Sequence record: OR352941.1
Length of the DNA stretch: 64,000 bases
Strand: one strand, 5' to 3'
DNA from: Escherichia phage AV111
Part shown: in pieces, positions 19,385 to 28,069 of the stretch
Position numbering within the stretch: position 1 is the first letter of the stretch
How the letters are laid out: each line of letters opens with the position of its first letter
The notes under the pieces: model-generated
Database searches by the model: none
What the model was told of the DNA's origin: nothing
Seen by the model: the letters and a program-made list of their open reading frames with translations, nothing else
Program-made: the position numbers and the translations under genes

Positions 19385-19672
19385 CTAAAAGAAACTTTTT
19401 TCGGTATTTTTTCCACTGAACCAAACAGACTTCGGGATTTTTTGTAATTTTTCAGATTTAAGTTTCTCTTCCTGTTCTTTCTTATATACACCCTTGTCGT
19501 ACTGGAGCATCTCTATGGCATTCTTTTGCAAACGATCTAAGGTAATTAAGGCTTTAGTTTTTCCTTTCAAGGAAGAGTCCTGGCGAACCTCCTCGCTATA
19601 TTGCATTGTAGAACTAACCATACGATGAGCATAGAGTTCGACTGCGGCTTTAATTTTTTGCATAAAATCCAT
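19385..19672 (-). CDS. hypothetical protein
   Basis: 95 aa ORF; overlapping 68 aa ORF 19567-19773 is an alternative. Confidence 0.35.
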   Translation of the reverse strand: MDFMQKIKAAVELYAHRMVSSTMQYSEEVRQDSSLKGKTKALITLDRLQKNAIEMLQYDKGVYKKEQEEKLKSEKLQKIPKSVWFSGKNTEKSFF

Positions 19673-19810
19673 AACATATCCTCTTTGATTTGTACATCAT
19701 TATTTTTAAATATTTCTATGCCCTCAGTAGGTTCCTGGTGTCCTTCTTTGAGGTAAGCCATATGATTATTCATCTTTATGGCTTTTGTTACCTCAGAACT
19801 TCCTATAAGC

Positions 19811-20812
19811 TTATTTCAGTAAAGTTACTTCAGAGATTTCCTCCCAACCATCTTTATCAGTTGAAATAAAATCTGCTACATAAAGAGCCGTACGTAATGA
19901 TACATTGCGAAGACGAGATACGTTAGCCTTCATCCAGGACAATGCTTTATACGTTTCTGCATCCGTCAGACCACGTTTCTGCATCATGTCAGTAGATAAT
20001 ATTACATCTTCAACTCGAACCATAATCTCTTCATTAGAGTGTACTCCAAGGTCGAGATACACTGAACGAGATACTAAAGCTTGAAGGTGTGGAGCAAGTT
20101 TCGAACCCCGTTCTAACTCTTTATCGATATCAACGTTTGTAATGAAAACGATAGTACCTTCAAACTCAAATTCTTTATCAATACCCTTATCCTCGAGATA
20201 AGATGACGCAGTGCTCCAACAAACTTTGCGTTTATCTCCGGTATCTAATGCTGCTTTAAGAAGGTTCAGGATGTCCATATCTGAGAATACGTCAACGTCA
20301 TCGATTAAGAGAACGCTGTCTGCATCACGGTTGAGCCAAAGTTGTTCGTAAAGGCCAATACCAGAGATTTTACCATTAATGCTTTTGTATTTGATGAAAC
20401 CATTATCATTAGCATTATTAAGTGCTTTATCCAGAGAATACGTCTTACCAATACCAGCTGCACCTGAAATAATGAGTGAACGAATTTTGCCATCGATAAT
20501 GCCATTCGTCATCATGTTCATTACTTTAAAGCGTTTGTTGATACGAGTTTTCATATCTTCAGTGCTTTCAACAACTGCAACTGGTGATGTCTCAACTCCT
20601 TCCATTACGATGTCTGATTTGAAGACCCATACTCCACGTTCAGAACCATCAATCATAACGAAAATTTTACCATCACCTAAGTGTGAACATTCAGGATTAA
20701 GCTTTGCCGGGAACCATGTCTTTGTGGCAACATAAGAACCAGAGATTTCGTTATTACGATAGATACCTTTTTTGATTTGAACGTTGAACATTTTATTCTC
20801 CAATTTACTCAT
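19811..20812 (-). CDS. P-loop NTPase (AAA-like)
   Basis: 333 aa; Walker A ISGAAGIGKT, Walker B VLLIDDVD, sensor-like FITN. Confidence 0.6.
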   Translation of the reverse strand: MSKLENKMFNVQIKKGIYRNNEISGSYVATKTWFPAKLNPECSHLGDGKIFVMIDGSERGVWVFKSDIVMEGVETSPVAVVESTEDMKTRINKRFKVMNMMTNGIIDGKIRSLIISGAAGIGKTYSLDKALNNANDNGFIKYKSINGKISGIGLYEQLWLNRDADSVLLIDDVDVFSDMDILNLLKAALDTGDKRKVCWSTASSYLEDKGIDKEFEFEGTIVFITNVDIDKELERGSKLAPHLQALVSRSVYLDLGVHSNEEIMVRVEDVILSTDMMQKRGLTDAETYKALSWMKANVSRLRNVSLRTALYVADFISTDKDGWEEISEVTLLK

Positions 20813-20829
20813 TTCGTTTCGATAGGTCT

Positions 20830-20858
20830 ATAATAACATATCCTAAAAGCATGTACAC
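20830..20858 (-). promoter_or_regulatory. early promoter
   Basis: Minus TGTACA-N17-TATTAT, same core as 19354-19383. Confidence 0.5.
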
Positions 20859-20886
20859 CACTTTTTAAAAATATTTTATCCCCCTA

Positions 20887-20904
20887 AAGGGCCTTCAGGC
20901 CCTT
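20887..20904 (-). other. GC-rich stem-loop abutting stop codon
   Basis: AAGGGCC-UUCA-GGCCCUU hairpin; no U-tract; near-identical to hairpin 61399-61412. Confidence 0.35.
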
Positions 20905-20905
20905 A

Positions 20906-21895
20906 TCATTTATAGTACGAATTGTGGTTTTCTAAGTAAACTTGCTCAAGGAAATCATCCCAGAAACTCATATCTACTTTTTGTTGCATACCGTTCTTAG
21001 CGGCTTGTTCTGATGCTTGTTCTACCTGGTCAACGATATCTTCTAGGAATTCTTGCACAGTTTTAAACGTATGTTTACCAAGCTTAACATCGAGAATAAA
21101 TGGAGCATCCTGAAGTGGGTAAACCAGGTCACCGGTTTTGTAAATTTCCAATAGTTGAAGTCCACCACGACATGCATGACTCAATGCTTTCCAGTCAATA
21201 CCTTCGTTGGCTTCTGCCTTACGAGCACGTTCACCATAGTTCTCTTCCAGTTTAACCAGGATGGCATTGAACTCTTTATTGGTTAACGTGTCTTGGAATT
21301 TACGGTCTAACAGATTATAGAATGTTTGCTTACCTGTTTTCTCGTTTTCGGTTTCAACCCACGAAGCAAATTCACCTACGGGCAGAACATTCTTCATATG
21401 TGATAAACGAATTACTGCACCATTATCAAAGTATTGTCCCCATTCATTAGAACGTTTAAGGGCTTGACGAAGAACGGCCAGTCGAGAACCCTTGACACCA
21501 TATTTAGAAGCTTGCTTACGGACATACCCTAAATAAGATTTCATGTTAGTGGTATAGAAACGAGACCTGTTATCTTGAATATACTTCCATACATCAGGCA
21601 AATCAGATTTAACTACTAGACTTGGTGGAGTGTGAAGCATATCTAATGCGACGGTTTCACCATCCGCAGCCAGTTTAAAGAAATATTTGAGACTATATAA
21701 CTCATGGTCCACGTCGTCTTTTGTGTTCTTAGAAGATGTGTTATTCGTGTTCTTGCTCATGTGTTCTTTAACGTTACCGGTCAAGATATCACGAGCATGA
21801 GGGACATAAATTTCTTTAAAATCGACGTCAGATTCAGGAGTAGACGTTCCATAAAGGTGGCTACCAAAGTAGCCTTTCATAATTGTTTTCATCAT
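20906..21895 (-). CDS. nucleotidyltransferase-fold protein (Pol-beta-like superfamily)
   Basis: 329 aa; N-terminal FGSHLYGTSTPESDVDF matches the hG[GS]-x(9-13)-Dh[DE] NTase signature. Confidence 0.55.
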   Translation of the reverse strand: MMKTIMKGYFGSHLYGTSTPESDVDFKEIYVPHARDILTGNVKEHMSKNTNNTSSKNTKDDVDHELYSLKYFFKLAADGETVALDMLHTPPSLVVKSDLPDVWKYIQDNRSRFYTTNMKSYLGYVRKQASKYGVKGSRLAVLRQALKRSNEWGQYFDNGAVIRLSHMKNVLPVGEFASWVETENEKTGKQTFYNLLDRKFQDTLTNKEFNAILVKLEENYGERARKAEANEGIDWKALSHACRGGLQLLEIYKTGDLVYPLQDAPFILDVKLGKHTFKTVQEFLEDIVDQVEQASEQAAKNGMQQKVDMSFWDDFLEQVYLENHNSYYK

Positions 21896-22365
21896 TTAGC
21901 CTTATATTCAAGAGTAGGACAGACTTTTTCTTTACGAGCTTTAAGGTATTCGCCTATTAATGATTTCTTACGTTCAATAGGCTCAAGTCCATTTTTAATT
22001 CGTTCTTGGTTTTGCGCAATGAGCTCAATTTCTTTATAATATTTTCTGTCGTTATATTTGTCTAACAACCAAGACGGAACAATTACCAACCCGGTAGAAA
22101 TAAAAGCCATGACTGCTACCATTGAAATGCCTACGCCAATTGAGGCTGGAACTAATGTCCATAGACTGCTAAAAACAAAGAATTTAGTTAAAATTTCATG
22201 GCCAACGATTGTGACTGCTGCTAAAATCGCAAATCCAATAATTGAAACAGACAATACCGGAATTAACGTTTTCCAAAAATAAGCACACAACGTTTTCGGG
22301 CGATTCCATGTACTATTGAACGCGGCATAAATTTTAAAGTGCCAAGAGTTTTCATTGATAATCAT
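21892..22365 (-). CDS. membrane protein
   Basis: 157 aa with three hydrophobic segments. Confidence 0.5.
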   Translation of the reverse strand: MIINENSWHFKIYAAFNSTWNRPKTLCAYFWKTLIPVLSVSIIGFAILAAVTIVGHEILTKFFVFSSLWTLVPASIGVGISMVAVMAFISTGLVIVPSWLLDKYNDRKYYKEIELIAQNQERIKNGLEPIERKKSLIGEYLKARKEKVCPTLEYKAK

Positions 22366-22374
22366 AATAATTCC

Positions 22375-22917
22375 TTATTTCAAAGTCGGGATAATAGAAT
22401 CAAGATAAGCTTTAAGAGCAACTGCTTCATCTTTGTCTAATGTAACGATATGTTGACGAAGGTCATCAATTTGGCGAATAACTACGACATCACCATCTTC
22501 ATAAGAAGGATTAACGCCTAGGACTGTTGTATAGTCAGGGCGGTCCTGATTTGTAATAAAAGCATTACGGCATTTAGCCCATTGAAGTTTGGCCTTTTTG
22601 GCTGTTTCAGATTCCATTAATTCTTTCACCTTATTGACAAATGTTTTCCAATTATTAATAGAAAAACATTCGTCTTCAGTTTCGATATTAACCCCACTAT
22701 AAAGTCCGTGATAAAAACGAACTTGAAGGTCTTCATCAATGTTAATTACAGATGCATGGCCGGGTGGATTGAGTTTCAAAATCTTGTCCAGTTCCATAGG
22801 AAGAATAGTAGCAGCATCATCTTCTTGTGTCAGAACATACACATAACCACGTTTTTCGATACATAAATCACCAAACAACTCGGTTGTTTCAATTACAGTT
22901 TTCATATTATTCACCAA
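22375..22917 (-). CDS. hypothetical protein
   Basis: 180 aa ORF. Confidence 0.5.
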   Translation of the reverse strand: MVNNMKTVIETTELFGDLCIEKRGYVYVLTQEDDAATILPMELDKILKLNPPGHASVINIDEDLQVRFYHGLYSGVNIETEDECFSINNWKTFVNKVKELMESETAKKAKLQWAKCRNAFITNQDRPDYTTVLGVNPSYEDGDVVVIRQIDDLRQHIVTLDKDEAVALKAYLDSIIPTLK

Positions 22918-23221
22918 TTAAAGTTTCAACAAAATTCACCAAATCATTCAGACAAGCATCAACCTGTTTTTCATAAAAGTCTTCGTTATCATTTACTGCA
23001 TGATAAGCTACATCATTCAAATCTGAATCGGCTTCACGTAAGTCACGGATAAGGTCCATCAATTTATTAGCTTGTTCACGGGTCATTTTACCATACTCGT
23101 TTCAATAAGATTCATTATGCCGTTTACCATGTTATAAGTAAACATTGGATAATTGTATTGTACCACAACATAAGCGATAAGCAAAAGTTTCATTTTGTTC
23201 TCCGTTTGTTTTGATAGGACT

Positions 23222-23251
23222 ACTATAACATAGTCCTACCAAGATGTAAAC
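23222..23251 (-). promoter_or_regulatory. early promoter (stem-loop cassette family)
   Basis: Minus GTTTACA-N17-TATAGT embedded in TAGGACTA...TAGTCCTA palindrome. Confidence 0.55.
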
Positions 23252-23511
23252 TACCGATTGTGTTTTAAATGTTGATAAAGTTCTTCAACTTGTTTTGGGT
23301 CCAAAACAATTAGGTCATTTTCTTGACGAAGATAAATCCATCCCTTATCCCCAGGACCATTTTTACAAAACATCACCGTCGTCATATCATCATCTTCAGC
23401 GCTTTCAGGTAAAAGTTCAAGTACACCGTCTTCAGATTTTCCAGTATAATCGTAAAGCATAATATCCTCACATAATCTCGTTAACATACATTTGCAATTC
23501 GGTGTGGGCAT
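23251..23511 (-). CDS. hypothetical acidic protein (start uncertain)
   Basis: 86 aa ORF; overlaps 23468-23647, internal Met at 23460 possible. Confidence 0.35.
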   Translation of the reverse strand: MPTPNCKCMLTRLCEDIMLYDYTGKSEDGVLELLPESAEDDDMTTVMFCKNGPGDKGWIYLRQENDLIVLDPKQVEELYQHLKHNR

Positions 23512-23647
23512 CGGCCATCTTTTTCATAGCTCTGTTAATGTCGATGTCTCCATCTTCGCAACCATGAGCATTTTCCCAATCAGATACCGCATTAGCGTAC
23601 TCTTCAATCAAAAACATTAACTTAGAAATTTTTTCTTTACGTGACAT
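23468..23647 (-). CDS. hypothetical small protein (rI.-1 position)
   Basis: ATG 23645-23647 with SD GAGGAGAA directly downstream of early promoter 23675-23702. Confidence 0.4.
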   Translation of the reverse strand: MSRKEKISKLMFLIEEYANAVSDWENAHGCEDGDIDINRAMKKMADAHTELQMYVNEIM

Positions 23648-23674
23648 AACGTTCTCCTCTAGTAAGTAAGGTTT

Positions 23675-23702
23675 ACTATAACACAACCTGAGGAGAAGTA
23701 AA
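23675..23702 (-). promoter_or_regulatory. early promoter
   Basis: Minus GTTTACT-N16-TATAGT; flanked by CTCCTC/GAGGAG inverted repeat. Confidence 0.5.
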
Positions 23703-23714
23703 CTGATAGATGCC

Positions 23715-23742
23715 AAAAAGCCCCAACCATAAGGAAGGGGCT
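23715..23742 (-). terminator. intrinsic terminator downstream of rI
   Basis: Minus AGCCCC-loop-GGGGCU followed by UUUUU. Confidence 0.55.
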
Positions 23743-23748
23743 AGTAAA

Positions 23749-24051
23749 TTAGATAGATGTAGGCTCTAATTTTATTTTCATGAACTCGGCAAATTGTCTG
23801 GCAGTTTTTATGCCTTGTTCATGACATTCAAATGCATCATCACAGGGACTATTTTTGTAATGCTTTGCCATATACTTATAGAATTTTTCAGAATTCTCGA
23901 CATTTTGAATTTCAAACAAAGTATATACGTTTTTAATCCCTGATTCCATAAAGTTATCAAAATATGGGTCGATATGTGCAATACCAACGATAGGAGTTGT
24001 TGCTGCAAAAAACCCCAGCATCGCTATGACAGCTATCGCTCTTAAGGCCAT
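23749..24051 (-). CDS. rI: lysis-inhibition regulator RI (antiholin)
   Basis: 100 aa; MALRAIAVIAMLGFF signal-anchor then DPYFDNFMESGIKNVY...PCDDAFEC matches recalled T4 RI; sits upstream of tk as in T4. Confidence 0.8.
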   Translation of the reverse strand: MALRAIAVIAMLGFFAATTPIVGIAHIDPYFDNFMESGIKNVYTLFEIQNVENSEKFYKYMAKHYKNSPCDDAFECHEQGIKTARQFAEFMKIKLEPTSI

Positions 24052-24063
24052 ATAGGCCTCCTG

Positions 24064-24276
24064 TTAATTTTGGCCAGTATTTATTTTTCGCCTTTGGACG
24101 GCCTTAACATCTGCGAGGTATTTTTCCAGCTTGCGCTTGCGTGTATAATCAGCTTTAGAACCAGTTTGACGGATATCCTCGTTTAAATGAGAAATAGAAT
24201 GTCCTAATTCTCTTCGGATTTCATCCAATTGGGTTACAGTAAGATTACGAAGTTGTCTTTCGTTTAATTGCTGCAT
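24064..24276 (-). CDS. hypothetical protein (rI.1 position)
   Basis: 70 aa ORF between tk and rI. Confidence 0.45.
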   Translation of the reverse strand: MQQLNERQLRNLTVTQLDEIRRELGHSISHLNEDIRQTGSKADYTRKRKLEKYLADVKAVQRRKINTGQN

Positions 24277-24303
24277 ATATACCTCTTGGTTAGATATTAG
24301 TAT

Positions 24304-24885
24304 TTATAACAACCCTGTCAAATCGTTCCAATGCTTCCGGCATAATGACACATATCTATCGGTATCACCAATTTCAATTTGACTGCCATCTGTAATTGGA
24401 AGTCCGTCTTCCGTGACTCTAGCTACCATTGTGGCCTTTTTACCACAATGACAGACACCTTTAAGTTCAACAAGCTTATCGGCAATAGCCATTAATGCTT
24501 GAGAACCTTCAAATAGATTACCTTTAAAATCTGTTCGTAGTCCATATGCCATTACCGGCACATTGTATACGTCAACAATACGACTAAGTTGATACACCTT
24601 TTCAGTAGTTAAGAACTGAGCTTCGTCAACAAATACGCAGTGAATATCCTTTTGTGCTGCAGCCCATTTATAGAATTCAAAGATATCCATGTCTTTTGTA
24701 ATTATATTGGCGTCCTGACGAATACCAATACGAGAGACTATTTCACCTTTTGAATCGCGAGTATCAATAGCCGGTTTAAGAACTAATACACCCATGCCAC
24801 GTTCTTTATAGTTATGTGCGGCAGTAAGTAATGAAGCAGACTTACCAGCGTTCATAGCGGCATAGGTAAAAATTAAACTAGCCAT
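24304..24885 (-). CDS. tk: thymidine kinase
   Basis: 193 aa; P-loop AAMNAGKSASLL and C-terminal Cys cluster typical of TK. Confidence 0.9.
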   Translation of the reverse strand: MASLIFTYAAMNAGKSASLLTAAHNYKERGMGVLVLKPAIDTRDSKGEIVSRIGIRQDANIITKDMDIFEFYKWAAAQKDIHCVFVDEAQFLTTEKVYQLSRIVDVYNVPVMAYGLRTDFKGNLFEGSQALMAIADKLVELKGVCHCGKKATMVARVTEDGLPITDGSQIEIGDTDRYVSLCRKHWNDLTGLL

Positions 24886-24894
24886 AAGAGTCCC

Positions 24895-25077
24895 TTATAG
24901 TGAATTCACGTAGTCAATGAGTTCTTGTTCTTTCCTGTCAAATGATTCCAACAATGCTTGATATTCTTCGTCCGTCAAAGGAGCATATTCATCATACGCA
25001 TTGGTGGCTGCTTGCTCATCCAATAGGTCATGGATAAGTTCAAACAGTTTAGTTTTCTCTTCTTTAGTCAATTTCAT
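24895..25077 (-). CDS. hypothetical acidic protein
   Basis: 60 aa ORF. Confidence 0.4.
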   Translation of the reverse strand: MKLTKEEKTKLFELIHDLLDEQAATNAYDEYAPLTDEEYQALLESFDRKEQELIDYVNSL

Positions 25078-25301
25078 TTAGGTTCACCTTCTTTAACGAA
25101 ATCTGGGTAAGGGTAAAATCCTGAGTAAAACCCTTCACCTTTATGATTGCTACAACCTTTGTTCGAACAGTAACACCAATAATCAAAATCACAAGCCATT
25201 TCGTCATTGCATAAAGCAAAAACTACAGGCCATTCGCATTTTTCGCATTTAGCACCTGTAAGAATTTTTGTTTGACTCATAGCCATGTCACCTTTAAGCA
25301 A
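25074..25301 (-). CDS. Cys-rich small protein
   Basis: 75 aa, about ten Cys. Confidence 0.45.
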   Translation of the reverse strand: MLKGDMAMSQTKILTGAKCEKCEWPVVFALCNDEMACDFDYWCYCSNKGCSNHKGEGFYSGFYPYPDFVKEGEPK

Positions 25302-25504
25302 TATTCTTCTACATGTTGTTTACGGCCTTTCTTATCAATAAAGGTATATTCAACGAATGTTCCGATGTAGTCTTTATCTACATCATGTGGACTATTAATT
25401 GGACATTTAGTACGACAAATGCGTTCCCATTGACGAATAATTACTGCCTTATTCTTTGGATCATATGGATGTGGATAATGTATATTCATAATAACGGTTC
25501 CCAA
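25277..25504 (-). CDS. hypothetical protein
   Basis: 75 aa ORF. Confidence 0.45.
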   Translation of the reverse strand: MGTVIMNIHYPHPYDPKNKAVIIRQWERICRTKCPINSPHDVDKDYIGTFVEYTFIDKKGRKQHVEEYCLKVTWL

Positions 25505-25983
25505 TCAACAATCACAATTTCTAGTTTAGTGGAATACGTATCTAAAATCTCTTCGATGACATCCCAGTTTCCACCGCCAATACCTGCACCAATTCTTGGC
25601 ATATAAATTACAGGCTTTGTTATCTTATTCTTTCCAAATTCATTTAATTCTATTATACAATTCATTAAAGCAGAGTACTCAAAATTAGGTCCCGGCTCAA
25701 ACTGTGTATAAAGATTAAAGCAATAAGCTTTATGGGTCTTAAAATATTTTTCATAAACCGAATAAGTCCCGAGTTTAGACTTGTCTCCGAATTCGGTTTG
25801 AAGTTTATCGGCTTCTAAAATTTTTGGATAAGCCTTTGCTAATTGGCCTGCTACACCGGCGCCCATTGTATGAAAACAATTACACCCATGAGCAATATTA
25901 TTACCTTTAGAAAACAGGGCGACAATATCGCCCTTGATATAGTTTTTAATCACTTGCTGCAAGTCCTCTATTATAAGAGTCAA
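25486..25983 (-). CDS. macro-domain protein (putative ADP-ribose binding / ADP-ribosylhydrolase)
   Basis: 165 aa; Gly-rich motifs HGCNCFHTMGAGVAGQ and MPRIGAGIGGG resemble macro-domain phosphate-binding loops. Confidence 0.55.
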   Translation of the reverse strand: MTLIIEDLQQVIKNYIKGDIVALFSKGNNIAHGCNCFHTMGAGVAGQLAKAYPKILEADKLQTEFGDKSKLGTYSVYEKYFKTHKAYCFNLYTQFEPGPNFEYSALMNCIIELNEFGKNKITKPVIYMPRIGAGIGGGNWDVIEEILDTYSTKLEIVIVDWEPLL

Positions 25984-26293
25984 CTAGACGGTCCACCATA
26001 GAATTGCATGCTGCCTTATCTTTAGGTTCCGCCACCGAGCATTCTAATATTTGCCATTTTTTATAGTATCTTTTAATTAAGGTAGACGCCTTGAACCTAC
26101 TAGACGCCCCATCTTTTTCTCCGTCTTTATACGCGTATAACAATTTTTGTGAAAAATCTACTTTACACTCTTGACTTTTACCACAATAATCAGACGCCGT
26201 TCTGTTTGTATACTCCGTTACATCAGTATATGTAGTATTAGCAAGAGCGTTAAATGAAACCAAGCTAACTATTAAAGCCAACATTTTGGTCAT
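25946..26293 (-). CDS. secreted hypothetical protein (position of T4 vs)
   Basis: 115 aa; N-terminal signal peptide MTKMLALIVSLVSFNALA; identity to Vs not verified. Confidence 0.4.
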   Translation of the reverse strand: MTKMLALIVSLVSFNALANTTYTDVTEYTNRTASDYCGKSQECKVDFSQKLLYAYKDGEKDGASSRFKASTLIKRYYKKWQILECSVAEPKDKAACNSMVDRLVDSYNRGLAASD

Positions 26294-26832
26294 TCTTTTA
26301 TTTCCAGTAGTTTATTTGATTTAAGGTAATTAGCCTTTTCTAGGACTTCAGAAGCATATTTACTTCCGGCACTTGTCTTCCATCCCGCATTATATGAGGA
26401 TATAGCTTTTCTTATATCCCCGTTATGTATATTTAACCAATAAGAAAATTCGATATAAGCCCATCTGGCTGAATTAGACCGCTTAGATAGCATTTTCTTA
26501 ATTTGGGCATCAGTCATATTATAACCAAGCTGGTTAATTCTTGCCCTCATTGTCGGTAGATAATTTTGGAACATTCCATACGCATGGTGACCTTTCTTAT
26601 CTTTAAGATTAATACCGGCAGATGATTCCTGCCATAGTATTGCGGCCATTATGTATCCAAGTCCTTTCTTATGCATATTTTCATGCGTTTTAAATTTTCC
26701 ATCCTTAGAAAACTGTTCCCCAAACTGATAAGCATAATTCAAGTTATCGAGTTGGACATTACTAAAAGTATGCTCGGAGCTATGTGCTGATAATGAAAGA
26801 GCAAATAGACCAGCGAGTAGTGCTTTTCTCAT
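26290..26832 (-). CDS. secreted lytic-transglycosylase-like protein
   Basis: 180 aa; signal peptide then GLGYIMAAILWQESS...YGMFQ resembling SLT/lysozyme-like fold. Confidence 0.5.
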   Translation of the reverse strand: MRKALLAGLFALSLSAHSSEHTFSNVQLDNLNYAYQFGEQFSKDGKFKTHENMHKKGLGYIMAAILWQESSAGINLKDKKGHHAYGMFQNYLPTMRARINQLGYNMTDAQIKKMLSKRSNSARWAYIEFSYWLNIHNGDIRKAISSYNAGWKTSAGSKYASEVLEKANYLKSNKLLEIKE

Positions 26833-26840
26833 GTTTACCT

Positions 26841-27299
26841 CTAGATTTTAATCACTGCTTTAGAAGCTTTTCCTGGTAGTCGTTTACTGTTAATAATAGC
26901 CATTCTGCATTGAAGAGTCTTCATTTTGAATGCTGGATTTTCGCGACAAACTGTAAGTCCTAACCAAAGATTTCCGTCAGTTATTTCTAAACGGCCTGGG
27001 CGATATTCGACACCTTCGACAAAATCTTCATCAACATCTGGACGGGCCGGCATTGATAAAAATTCTGCAACTTCTTTAACATGATTTTTTACTTTACGAA
27101 ATAATTCAAAAACGTAATTCTCATCTATTTCTCTCTGGATGGCACGATCTAAGAGATGTTGAGAATACTTGATATGAAAGCCCGGTAGTCCAAGAGACTT
27201 TGCAGCATCTTTTATACCGGCATTTATTTTGCGGAACTCCGTTTCAAAGATTCGACGGAGTTTATTACGGCGGATAAAAACGTCTGAATTGATAGTCAT
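26841..27299 (-). CDS. regB: RegB site-specific endoribonuclease
   Basis: 152 aa; MTINSDVFIRRNKLRR...QCRMAIINSKRLPGKASKAVIK matches recalled T4 RegB. Confidence 0.9.
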   Translation of the reverse strand: MTINSDVFIRRNKLRRIFETEFRKINAGIKDAAKSLGLPGFHIKYSQHLLDRAIQREIDENYVFELFRKVKNHVKEVAEFLSMPARPDVDEDFVEGVEYRPGRLEITDGNLWLGLTVCRENPAFKMKTLQCRMAIINSKRLPGKASKAVIKI

Positions 27300-27327
27300 T
27301 TTGATTTCTCCTCTAGTTGACAGGTCT

Positions 27328-27355
27328 ATAGTAACACAACTAGAGGAGAAGTAAA
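27328..27355 (-). promoter_or_regulatory. early promoter upstream of regB
   Basis: Minus GTTTACT-N16-TACTAT; 9-bp inverted repeat CTCCTCTAG/CTAGAGGAG pairs spacer with the SD. Confidence 0.5.
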
Positions 27356-27360
27356 CTACT

Positions 27361-27576
27361 TTATTGATAAAATGGAGTTAAAGCCCAAGATTCTTTAGAT
27401 ACCATATTGGCGAAATGCCTCATCTCTTCGATTTGGCGTCGACGCTGGTCAGCATAGTCTTCTTCGCCTTCTTCCTTACAATCTTCAAGGTCTTCTTCAA
27501 GATACTTTAAGTATTCACTACAAATTTTGTTGACCTTTTCTTGAAAGTCCAATAACCCAGTAATAGTAGAAGCCAT
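27361..27576 (-). CDS. hypothetical acidic protein
   Basis: 71 aa ORF. Confidence 0.45.
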   Translation of the reverse strand: MASTITGLLDFQEKVNKICSEYLKYLEEDLEDCKEEGEEDYADQRRRQIEEMRHFANMVSKESWALTPFYQ

Positions 27577-27839
27577 TAGTATTTTTCCTCAGGTCGAAAT
27601 ACTGCACGACATGCCCACATGCTGGCTTCTTTTAGATGTTGCTTAGCATACTTAAGAGCCTGCACTGCATCCATATCTTCTTTGGTTTGTTGCTCTGTTT
27701 CATTTTCTTTCAAGATATATGCTTCTTCAATCAGAGCATCAAACATCAATCCAAGACGGACTTCTGCATCTTTAATAGCGTTCACTTTACCGATTTTATC
27801 GTCGGTATGTGGCTTGTAGCCTTTGATGTCTTCAATCAT
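27576..27839 (-). CDS. hypothetical protein
   Basis: 87 aa ORF, ATGA-type coupling. Confidence 0.45.
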   Translation of the reverse strand: MIEDIKGYKPHTDDKIGKVNAIKDAEVRLGLMFDALIEEAYILKENETEQQTKEDMDAVQALKYAKQHLKEASMWACRAVFRPEEKY

Positions 27840-28069
27840 TTCACTTCCTCGCCGGTTGCGATATCATATTCTACCAAACTAAGTCCGTCGGTCCAACCCT
27901 GAACGGAGATATAAGTGCTAGGATAAACCAGTTCTTTACCGTTCCACTGACCACCGTCCCAACATTCCATAAAGTCCTGTTCGCCTTGACCGTGGAACCA
28001 GTCAACAAACATCTTCAGAGCTTCTTCAGAACCTTCAATAGTCAATTTAGACATATTTTTTCCAGTCAC
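27836..28069 (-). CDS. hypothetical Trp-rich acidic protein
   Basis: 77 aa ORF. Confidence 0.45.
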   Translation of the reverse strand: MTGKNMSKLTIEGSEEALKMFVDWFHGQGEQDFMECWDGGQWNGKELVYPSTYISVQGWTDGLSLVEYDIATGEEVK

